From Candidatus Marinacidobacterales bacterium (GTDB taxonomy: Bacteria; Acidobacteriota; Vicinamibacteria; Marinacidobacterales; SMYC01), in NCBI GenBank assembly GCA_965237955.1, contig OZ250169.1:5597888-5661887 (forward strand): a stretch of 64,000 bases of DNA, given 5' to 3'. Made by a program: the position numbers and the translations under genes. Shown here one piece after another: positions 30,969 to 38,615 of the stretch (position 1 is its first letter; each line of letters opens with the position of its first letter). The notes beneath the pieces were generated by a model, which saw nothing but the letters and a program-made list of their open reading frames with translations, searched no databases and was not told the DNA's origin.

Positions 30969-33032
30969 CTAGAGCCTGACGTCGTCGATGCCGAGTGCCT
31001 TGGCCTGACGCTGGAGCTTCTTGAGCTTCTCGAGGTCGTCTCCTCCCGTGCCGGTGTCAATTTCAGTGGCGAGCTTCGCCAGGAGCGCGCCGATGGTGAT
31101 GTCTTTCAACGTGCCGCCATCGATCCCGGACTCCCGCATCGCCTGACGGATCTCCTGGATGATGTTCTTGTCGCCGTTCATGAAGTCCTTGGCGAGGCCG
31201 GAGATGACATCGCTCTTTTCTACGAGCTCGTCGATGCCCTTGCCCATACCGATGGAGTTCACCATACGGTCGAGGAAGGCGCCGTCGCCGCCGACGATGT
31301 CGATGTCGGCGGATTCGAGGGCCGTGGCGAGGATCTTGGCCTTGTGCGCGGCAACGCTCTCCCGAGCTTGGATGGCTTCGAGCCCGAGTACCTTCTCGTT
31401 CTCGATGCGCAGGCGGTACTCTTCGTGCGCCCGGCTGTCCTTGTCGAGAGCTCGCATCGCTTCGGCCTTTTCGGCAATACCCTTGGCTTCGGCGGCGAAT
31501 TTGTCGGCGACAGCGTGCGCGTGGGCCGAGCCCTTTGCGCGCACGACGGTAGCCTCGGCGGTGCCCACCTTCTCGACCGCGGCGGAGTCGGCTTCGCGAA
31601 CACGTACTTCCGCGAGACCGTGCTTCTCGGAGGCGATGGCGTCGGCTTCTTTGACGCGGGCGGCGGCGAGACCTTGGGCCGCGGATTCGGCCTGGACGCC
31701 TTCGGCGATGCGAATCTTGGACTTGGCTTCGCGATCGGCGGCTTCGAGCTCGGCGTCGGCCAGGGTGACGAGCTCGACGGCTTTGTGCTTCGCGGCCTGC
31801 TCCTGAGCTTCGGCGGCCTTGATGTCCTTGACGAGCGCTTCCTCGGCCTCGGCCTCGGCGGCGATGACCGTCGCTTCCTTGTTGCGCTTCGCTTCCTCGA
31901 CGACCTGAAGCTCTTTGATGCGCTCCTGCTCCTCGACGACGGTGCGCTCGACGGCGACACGCTCACGGATGACGTCTTGGATCTCTTTGCGCTCGACTTC
32001 GAGAGCTTTCTCTTTGTCGATGCGTAGAAGCTCGACCTCACGTTCGCGGATTACGGCTTCGAGCTGGCGGTCTTTCGCGACACGCTCGGTCTCGACCCCG
32101 ATGACGCGCTCGCGGTTTTTCCCAGCAACCTGGACTTGTCGGTTCTTGTTCTCTTCCGCGACCATGACTTCTTCGTCGGTCTTGATGCGGGCTCCTTCGG
32201 ATTTCAGCCGTTCTTCCGCCTGGACTTGCATCAGTAGCGCGGTTTCGCGGGCGCGGACGGATTCGATCTCGCGCTGTTGCTTGGACTTCGCGTCGGCCTC
32301 TTCGCGGTCGAGCTCGAGAATGACTTTGGCGCGCTCGACATCTTGTTTCTTGATGGCTTTTTCTTCGTTGTTCTCGAACTCGTTAGTCTGGACGTGCTCG
32401 ACCGCGGTGAGCTCGGTGATGCGGCGGATACCTTGGGCATCGAGGATGTTCTTGGGGTCGAGGTGCTCGAGGGGGGTCTGCTCGAGGTAGTCGATCGCGG
32501 CGTCTTCGAGGACGTAGCCGTTCAAATCGCGGCCGATGAGCTCAATGATGGCGTCGCGAAACTCATCGCGTTTGGTGTAGAGATCGACGAAGTCGAGCTG
32601 TTTTCCGACCGTTTTCAGCGCCTCGGAGAACTTGGCGCTGAAGAGCTCGTCGAGCGTTTCGGGGGAGGAAGCGCGGGCGCAGCCGATTGCTTGAGCGACT
32701 TTGATCACGTCTTCGACGCGCTTGTTGACGCGCACGAAGAACATGACTTTGATATCGGCGCGAATGTTGTCGTGGCAGATCAGTCCGTCCTTGGCGCGGC
32801 GGTCGATCTCGATCGTCTTGACCGAGATGTCCATGACCTCTGCTTTGTGGATGACCGGCAGAACGAAAGCGCCGGTAAACGTCACCTCGGGCTCTCGCTT
32901 CATTTTGTTGACGACGAGCGCCTTGCCCTGCTCCACCTTGCGGTAGAACTTGGACACCATCATCAGGAATCCCCAGCCGATGATGATGAGCGCTACGACA
33001 CCCACCGCACCTAGAAACACTAAATCCATCAT
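30969..33032 (-). CDS. Flotillin: an SPFH/band-7 domain followed by a long EA-rich coiled coil, YqiK-like.
   Basis: N-terminal TM helix, an SPFH domain (KALVVNKM...FVLPVIHKAEVMDISVKTIEI...), then ~300 aa of E/A/R/K heptad repeats characteristic of flotillins. Confidence 0.8.
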   Translation of the reverse strand: MMDLVFLGAVGVVALIIIGWGFLMMVSKFYRKVEQGKALVVNKMKREPEVTFTGAFVLPVIHKAEVMDISVKTIEIDRRAKDGLICHDNIRADIKVMFFVRVNKRVEDVIKVAQAIGCARASSPETLDELFSAKFSEALKTVGKQLDFVDLYTKRDEFRDAIIELIGRDLNGYVLEDAAIDYLEQTPLEHLDPKNILDAQGIRRITELTAVEHVQTNEFENNEEKAIKKQDVERAKVILELDREEADAKSKQQREIESVRARETALLMQVQAEERLKSEGARIKTDEEVMVAEENKNRQVQVAGKNRERVIGVETERVAKDRQLEAVIREREVELLRIDKEKALEVERKEIQDVIRERVAVERTVVEEQERIKELQVVEEAKRNKEATVIAAEAEAEEALVKDIKAAEAQEQAAKHKAVELVTLADAELEAADREAKSKIRIAEGVQAESAAQGLAAARVKEADAIASEKHGLAEVRVREADSAAVEKVGTAEATVVRAKGSAHAHAVADKFAAEAKGIAEKAEAMRALDKDSRAHEEYRLRIENEKVLGLEAIQARESVAAHKAKILATALESADIDIVGGDGAFLDRMVNSIGMGKGIDELVEKSDVISGLAKDFMNGDKNIIQEIRQAMRESGIDGGTLKDITIGALLAKLATEIDTGTGGDDLEKLKKLQRQAKALGIDDVRL

Positions 33033-33063
33033 CGAAATCCCCCTCTTACAAAACCGTAAAGGC

Positions 33064-33819
33064 TCACGATTCCTCCGTAACTTTGGCGGCTTCGGTGAGC
33101 GCTGCGTCCACCGGGCCTATGAAGAAGACCCCTTCGGACGGCTCATATCGGTAAACGAGTGCCTGCGCACCTCGTGTCAGCCCGTTGTCTTGCGGACAAC
33201 GGACCTCGGCAACGAAACCGGCACCGCCGTCTTCGATCTCGGCGCGGCCGAAATTTCCATCGACGCGTGCCGAAAGCACGGTGCATATTTTGCCGATGAG
33301 CGACGCGCGGCGTGGAGCTTGCTGCGTAACGAAGAGCTTGCGGAAGGGCCGGGAGCTGATGGCCGCCATGATGAGAGCGCCGAAACCGGACGTAACGGCG
33401 ATGGCGAGTCCAACGATCACCGTCGCGGCCAGCGGTCCCAGGAACCTGGTGCTCAAGTAGCTGAGGATCCAGGCCCAGAAGAGCACGAACGTGCCCACGA
33501 TCGTGATCGGCATCCCGCGGACGCCCATGGCGTTGAGTAGACCGCCCAAAAGGCCACCATCCTCGCCGTCTGCGGCGTCGGCGTCGGCAGCGCCCTCGGC
33601 AGCCCCTTCCGCGACACCTTCAGCACTGGCGTCGAGCGCGCCGTCGATTGATTCAGCCGCGCCTTCGACCCCGCCGTCCGCCACTCCTTCGATCGACTCG
33701 AGCGCCCCGTCGAACGCGGCATCCATGCTGTCGAGGCCGAGGACGCTATCGAGAAAGTCGAGATCGAGTGCGCCGAAAATCACGACCATCCAGTACAGTG
33801 AGCGCCATCGCCAGGGCAC
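33064..33819 (-). CDS. YqiJ/NfeD-like membrane protein (DUF1449) with an OB-fold C-terminus, partner of the flotillin.
   Basis: TM helices, an acidic GA-rich linker, and a C-terminal NfeD-like beta domain (GKICTVLSARVDGNFGRAEIEDGGAGFVAEVRC). It precedes the flotillin gene by 31 bp, as yqiJ precedes yqiK in E. coli. Confidence 0.6.
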   Translation of the reverse strand: MPWRWRSLYWMVVIFGALDLDFLDSVLGLDSMDAAFDGALESIEGVADGGVEGAAESIDGALDASAEGVAEGAAEGAADADAADGEDGGLLGGLLNAMGVRGMPITIVGTFVLFWAWILSYLSTRFLGPLAATVIVGLAIAVTSGFGALIMAAISSRPFRKLFVTQQAPRRASLIGKICTVLSARVDGNFGRAEIEDGGAGFVAEVRCPQDNGLTRGAQALVYRYEPSEGVFFIGPVDAALTEAAKVTEES

Positions 33820-34239
33820 AGGTGAATGCGATCGTGGGAAACGACACGAGCGTTGTCAGAAACTCCTGCACTCTTTCGGCTCCTTTCGACTGACTCGTTG
33901 CGGGTGGCCCGATGCGAGACGATCGCGGGCGATCACGCGCCGACCGATGCAACAATGAGGCACCCTGCTAAGGAAGCCCCTTCCGTTCGATAGAAAGCTA
34001 TCGGTACGTGAGAATCGTGAAATCGGTTGTGAATGTGCCGGTTGTAGCGATTCGGGCTTTTTCAGACCCGAACTCTGCGACTAATAGTAAGGGAAGTCCG
34101 ACCGAAAAATCAAGCGGGTAGCGTGTTTCGTGAATGCTCGGTGTGGTTCGGAATTGCGCTTGTGAAAAAGAAGTTCGGTTCTCCTGTCGTTTCGGGGGAT
34201 CTGATTTGTGTTGGAGGGCATGGCCTATGGACGCTGCCG

Positions 34240-34533
34240 CGATTGTGGAAAACGCCGGAAACTCCGGGCGAGAGAGGCGTTTAGGGAAAGGTTGTGAGCA
34301 CGTACAAACGTGGAGCGGCGTTTTCCACAATCGCTTGGAAAACGCTTCGCGTTTCCCACGAGCGCCCACAGGCCCCTCCTGATATATATACAAGAAAGAT
34401 TAATTCATATGGAATAAGGAAGGGGGGGCTCGATTAGTGGAGGCTATGGAAAACGCCCTTCCAGGCTTCGAAGAGAACTCAGTCGTGAGCAAGGTCTGAA
34501 CGACCAGAACCGTGGGGGCGTTTCCCACAGCCT
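34240..34533. repeat. Array of five copies of a ~12-bp motif GTGGAAAACGCC or its complement, including a perfect 17-bp inverted repeat.
   Basis: cgattgtggaaaacgcc (34240-34256) and ggcgttttccacaatcg (34317-34333) are exact reverse complements. Further copies sit at 34336-34363, 34445-34460 and 34517-34533, all in an AT-richer non-coding stretch. Confidence 0.5.
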
Positions 34534-34599
34534 CGTCTCCCGCTGAGGGGCAGTGGCATTTGGTGAGGCCCGTGGGTTGAGAGGGTAAGCCATGTGTAG

Positions 34600-35880
34600 A
34601 TGCGCATCGGCGAGAACGCTAGAATCTTTTTTTCCGAAAGAGAAAAGAGCGTTCCCGCGATGCGCGTTACTACGTTAGTCAACAAGCTCATCGGATTGCA
34701 AGGCCTGTGGGTCCGAGGTTTCCACTTCCAGGCGGACAAAGCCAGAGTGGTGGTGGATGTAGTACCACGGAGGAGGAAGCCTCTGTGCGGGATTTGCGGA
34801 CGAAAGGTCCGCAAGAACAAAGATCGCTACAATCGCTACTGGCGGCACTTGGACCTGTTCGGAGTCCGGACCTATCTTCGCTACTCGATCCGACGAGTGG
34901 TATGTCGGCGGTGTGGAGTGGTCAGAGAAAAGGTGCCTTGGGCCGACAAGGGAAGCCGCTTTACCAAAAGCTTCGAACAAGAGGTAGCGTGGCTGGCACA
35001 GAGGACGGACGTCAGCGCCGTAGCGAACTATTTCCGAGTGACGTGGCGTTCGGTGCGACGGATCATCCAGCGAGTGGTTGCCGAGCAGCGGGATGAGCGG
35101 CGCGAGCTCGATGGATTGCGGGTGATTGGGATGGACGAGATCAGCTACCGCAAACGCCACAAGTACTTAACAGTGGTAATAGACCATCTCAGCGGCCGGG
35201 TCGTCTGGGCGGGAAAGGAGCGCAAGGCCAAGACGCTGCTGCGGTTTTTCCGCAAGCTCGGACCACAAAGAGCCGCGGAGCTCGAAGCGGTCAGCATGGA
35301 CATGTGGGAGCCGTACATAACTGTCGTCGGCAAAAAGGCTCCTCAGGCACGGGTGATCTTTGACCGCTTCCACATCGTCAAGCATCTGAACGAGGCCGTG
35401 GATAAGACCCGGCGCGAGCTGGTGCGCGAGCTCAAAGGGACTGCCCGGCGCAACCTCAAGAACACCAAGTTTCCCCTTCTCAAGGCCAAACACAACCGCA
35501 GCGCGAAAGACAAACGGGTGCTCCGCGAGCAGGTGCGAGCTAATCGTCGCCTCTACCGCGCCATGCTTCTGCGCGACGACTTCATGGACCTCTACACCTA
35601 CAAAACCGAGACATGGGCCAAGAAGTTTCTCCGAGGATGGCTGCGGCGCGCTATGAGCTCGAGGATAGAGCCCGTCAAACGCGCGGCGAAGATGATCCGC
35701 AGCCACTTCGATGGCGTCATCGCGTGGGTCACGTGGAGACTCAGCAACGGCCGACTCGAAGGAATGAACAACAAAATCCGGCTGCTGAGCCACCGCAGCT
35801 TTGGACTCCACTCTGCCGAAGCTCTCATCAGTCTCGTCTACCTAAACTGTGGCGGTCTCACCCTCGAGAGGATCCACTGA
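34600..35880 (+). CDS. ISL3-family transposase.
   Basis: The full-length (~420 aa) sequence matches the ISL3/IS204/IS1001/IS1096/IS1165 transposase family (zinc-finger-like CGICGRK...CRRCG N-terminus, DDE region with IGMDEIS... and SNGRLEGMNNKIR). The start is probably at MRVTTLV (34660). Confidence 0.8.
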   Translation: MRIGENARIFFSEREKSVPAMRVTTLVNKLIGLQGLWVRGFHFQADKARVVVDVVPRRRKPLCGICGRKVRKNKDRYNRYWRHLDLFGVRTYLRYSIRRVVCRRCGVVREKVPWADKGSRFTKSFEQEVAWLAQRTDVSAVANYFRVTWRSVRRIIQRVVAEQRDERRELDGLRVIGMDEISYRKRHKYLTVVIDHLSGRVVWAGKERKAKTLLRFFRKLGPQRAAELEAVSMDMWEPYITVVGKKAPQARVIFDRFHIVKHLNEAVDKTRRELVRELKGTARRNLKNTKFPLLKAKHNRSAKDKRVLREQVRANRRLYRAMLLRDDFMDLYTYKTETWAKKFLRGWLRRAMSSRIEPVKRAAKMIRSHFDGVIAWVTWRLSNGRLEGMNNKIRLLSHRSFGLHSAEALISLVYLNCGGLTLERIH

Positions 35881-36079
35881 AATGGCAGGAGAGGCAGAAG
35901 TTCTTCACTTCCGTTTGGCCGGGTCTTGGTTGGCAATGTGTTGTCTTCCGTTTAAGTCTATTTGTGTCATAGCGTTGGGTGCCGGCGGTTTCAGCGTGTG
36001 AACGAGAAGCTGCGCGTTCGCATTTTCGCCTTGACAGAGTCAAGGTGCGCTATTAATGTCTCACTCGGGGATGGTTGAA

Positions 36080-36630
36080 ATCCCTCGCCTTTAGGCGAAG
36101 CCTTTAGGAGGCTTGGGGTACGATCCCCAGGTGAAAGGATATCGTAAATCATCGCACACGACGTACCAGTTAAACTATCACTTCGTATTTATCACGAAGT
36201 ACCGCAAGCCGGCCTTGAGAGGGGATGTAGCGGTTCGTCTCCGGGATCTCATCCGGGAGATCTGTGCTCGGAACCAGATAGAAATACTGAAGGGTCATGT
36301 GCGGCCTGAGCAGTTGCATCTGTTACTGAGCGTGCCGCCGAATTTGTCGCCGAGTCGAGTGATGCAGTTGATCAAGGGTAAGACGTCGAATCGTCTGATG
36401 CGAGACTTTCGGACGATGCGGAAGGAGTTCTGGGGTCGGCACCTATGGGCACGGGGTTACTTCGTGGTGACGACGGGCAACGTGACGGATGAGGTGATAG
36501 CGAAGTATATAGAGTTGCAAGGTGCCGTGCCCCAGGACGACGATTCTTTCAAGGTTAGCGAGTAGTGAAACGAGGCAAGGACAAGCCGACTTTAGTCGGC
36601 GACGTGAACCCATCGCCTTTAGGCGATGGA
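36080..36630 (+). mobile_element. IS200/IS605-family insertion sequence of the IS200 type (tnpA only).
   Basis: The palindrome CGCCTTTAGGCG occurs near both ends (36086-36097 and 36614-36625). An additional hairpin GCCGACTTTAGTCGGC lies at 36585-36600, and the element encloses the tnpA CDS. Confidence 0.6.
36113..36565 (+). CDS. tnpA: IS200/IS605-family Y1 (HuH) transposase TnpA.
   Basis: The 150-aa product has HuH YHFVFITKYR and the catalytic-Tyr region typical of IS200 TnpA. It uses a TTG start preceded by AGGAGG. Confidence 0.8.
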   Translation: MGYDPQVKGYRKSSHTTYQLNYHFVFITKYRKPALRGDVAVRLRDLIREICARNQIEILKGHVRPEQLHLLLSVPPNLSPSRVMQLIKGKTSNRLMRDFRTMRKEFWGRHLWARGYFVVTTGNVTDEVIAKYIELQGAVPQDDDSFKVSE

Positions 36631-36857
36631 GCGCACGCGCTCAGTATTGGTCTACCCAACACAACAGAATATAATAATATGTTCTTCGTTTGTGCTTCCA
36701 ATAAAGGCATATCGCCAGGGGTCCGCATAAGGCCTGTTCATTTTTTATGCCGGGCCTACCATCCATCGACCGAACCCGCTAATTTATCCTGCTTTATCTT
36801 TAACCTCGTCCTGAACTCTCCACATACATAATCCCTGGCAGCTTTTGTTGGGACACA

Positions 36858-36893
36858 GGGGGGCGCCTTCGGGCGCCCCCCGCCCTCTTTTTG
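36858..36893 (+). terminator. Intrinsic-terminator-like hairpin: a 10-bp GC stem, a TTCG tetraloop and a T-run.
   Basis: ggggggcgcc-ttcg-ggcgcccccc followed by ctcttttt. It lies between IS200 and leuB. Confidence 0.5.
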
Positions 36894-37009
36894 TGAGGCG
36901 CGCGTTCGCGCGCCGGTGCGGCTCTCGGCATACGGCATACGGCTCACTTCGCGAACTTTGCCTTGGTTCGAGCCCTCGTTGTTATCGCTTTCGTGGTAAT
37001 AATTCCTTC

Positions 37010-38074
37010 ATGAAATTGTCTATTACTACTTTGCCGGGGGATGGGATTGGGCCGGAAGTTGTTGCGGAGGCGATGAAAGTGCTCGAAGCGGTCGCCTCTC
37101 GGTTCGGTCATGAGCTGGATGCCAATGCTCATCCTTTTGGATCGTCTGGGCTCGATGCAGCGGGGAGCGGTTTTCCCGACGAGACACGCGACGCATGTCT
37201 GTCGGCGCCGGCGATCGTTCTTGGTGCGGTCGGGGATCCTCGACACGATCACTTGCCGCCGAACGAGCGGCCGGAGCGGGCGCTTCTTCATCTTCGGCGG
37301 TTGATCGAGAGCTTCGCTAATTTGCGGCCGGTGGTTGCGCAATACGTTTCGCCGAGCTCGCCGTTCAAGGCGGAGACGCTGGACGGCGTGGATCTTTTGA
37401 TCGTTCGTGAGCTTACCGGCGGGCTCTATTTCGGAGAGCCGCGTGGTTTCGAAGGCGACGGGAAGGATCGACGGGCCTTCAACACGATGACTTACAGCAG
37501 CGGTGAGATCGATCGTATCGCCCGTGTTGCATTCGACGCGGCGATGAAGCGGCGCCGGCACGTCACGTCGGTCGATAAATCCAACGTGCTGGAAACGTCG
37601 AAGCTCTGGCGCGAGGTCGTCGACGAGGTCGCGAAGGACTATCCCGACGTGACGCTCGAGCACATGTTCGTGGATCGGGCGGCGATGGAGCTCATCGCGC
37701 ATCCTGCGGGCATCGATGTCATGCTCACCGGGAACCTCTTCGGCGACATTTTGAGCGACGAGGCGTCGATGCTGGCGGGCTCAATGGGGTTGCTGCCGTC
37801 CGCGAGTCTCGGCGGAGACGTGGGGCTCTATGAGCCGGTGCACGGCTCGGCGCCCGATATCGCGGGTAAAGGGATCGCGAACCCGATAGGGGCGATCGCC
37901 TCGATGGCGATGATGCTCCGCTACTCGTTCGACCTCGCGGACGAAGCCAAGTTAGTCGAGCGAGGAATCGAATCGGCTTTCGCCAACGGCTTTCTCACCG
38001 CCGACCTGAGCGATGACGCGAAATCCACCGAGGAGGTCGGCGATCACATCGCGCGATATGTGACCGACTCCTGA
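37010..38074 (+). CDS. leuB: 3-isopropylmalate dehydrogenase.
   Basis: MKLSITTLPGDGIGPEV... N-terminus, plus the LTGNLFGDILSDEASMLAGSMGLLPSASL signature of isocitrate/isopropylmalate dehydrogenases. Confidence 0.9.
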   Translation: MKLSITTLPGDGIGPEVVAEAMKVLEAVASRFGHELDANAHPFGSSGLDAAGSGFPDETRDACLSAPAIVLGAVGDPRHDHLPPNERPERALLHLRRLIESFANLRPVVAQYVSPSSPFKAETLDGVDLLIVRELTGGLYFGEPRGFEGDGKDRRAFNTMTYSSGEIDRIARVAFDAAMKRRRHVTSVDKSNVLETSKLWREVVDEVAKDYPDVTLEHMFVDRAAMELIAHPAGIDVMLTGNLFGDILSDEASMLAGSMGLLPSASLGGDVGLYEPVHGSAPDIAGKGIANPIGAIASMAMMLRYSFDLADEAKLVERGIESAFANGFLTADLSDDAKSTEEVGDHIARYVTDS

Positions 38075-38076
38075 TC

Positions 38077-38159
38077 AACGCAAAGGCGCAAAGACCTAAG
38101 GGCGCAAAGTGAATCGGTCCTTTGCGTCTTCGCGGCTTGGCGTCTTTGCGTTATTTTTC
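38077..38159. repeat. Bidirectional terminator-like region built from CGCAAAGGCGC / GCGTCTTTGCGTT inverted repeats.
   Basis: aacgcaaaggcgcaaag ... gggcgcaaag ... cctttgcgtc ... ggcgtctttgcgtt atttttc. Nested inverted repeats followed by a T-run sit between the convergent leuB and terB-like genes. Confidence 0.45.
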
Positions 38160-38615
38160 TCGAGCAGCCTTCACTTTCAGTTTTTCGTCGATGAAATCGG
38201 CGTGGGGAACGTGCAGAAGTTTCGCGATTTTCCGGATCAGGTACTCCTCGCGCTCCTCGAGGCGGTCGTCGCTGAACGCGACCTGCCACAAAAGCCCGAC
38301 GATGTGCTTTTTCTGCTCGGCGGTGAAGCCCTTGTCGACGAGGCGGGTGAACTCGTACAAAGAGATGGCTTCGTTCACTTCCTGTTCCGCGAGGGCGATG
38401 ATTTCGCGGGTCTCCTCGTCCGAGATGCCGAAACTGTCGCGAAGTGCTTGTTCGATAGCGAGCTTCTCCTCGTCGGCGATCTTGAAGTCGGCCCGCGAAA
38501 TCTCGATGAGAAGAGCTGCGGTCGCGAGCTTTTGCGCGTGCTCGAGCGAGACAGGAGTGGTCTCCTCGGTAACGGTGATGCGTGCGTAGAAGAATTCCTG
38601 GATTGTTCTAATCAA
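38151..38615 (-). CDS. TerB-family (tellurite-resistance TerB / DjlA-N-like) protein.
   Basis: All-helical ~150-aa product with the TerB pattern (LIEISRADFKIADEEKLAIEQALRD...HIVGLLWQVAFSDDRLEEREEYLIRKIAKLL). The likely TTG start overlaps the anti-sigma stop as TTGA. Confidence 0.6.
   Translation of the reverse strand: MIRTIQEFFYARITVTEETTPVSLEHAQKLATAALLIEISRADFKIADEEKLAIEQALRDSFGISDEETREIIALAEQEVNEAISLYEFTRLVDKGFTAEQKKHIVGLLWQVAFSDDRLEEREEYLIRKIAKLLHVPHADFIDEKLKVKAAREK

Noticed and set aside
33998-34393. A 131-aa ORF in the AT-rich gap upstream of yqiJ.
   Set aside because: It spans the repeat-motif array and AT-rich non-coding DNA. The translation is not protein-like (mixed low-complexity text), and the region is better explained as IS-flanking or regulatory sequence.
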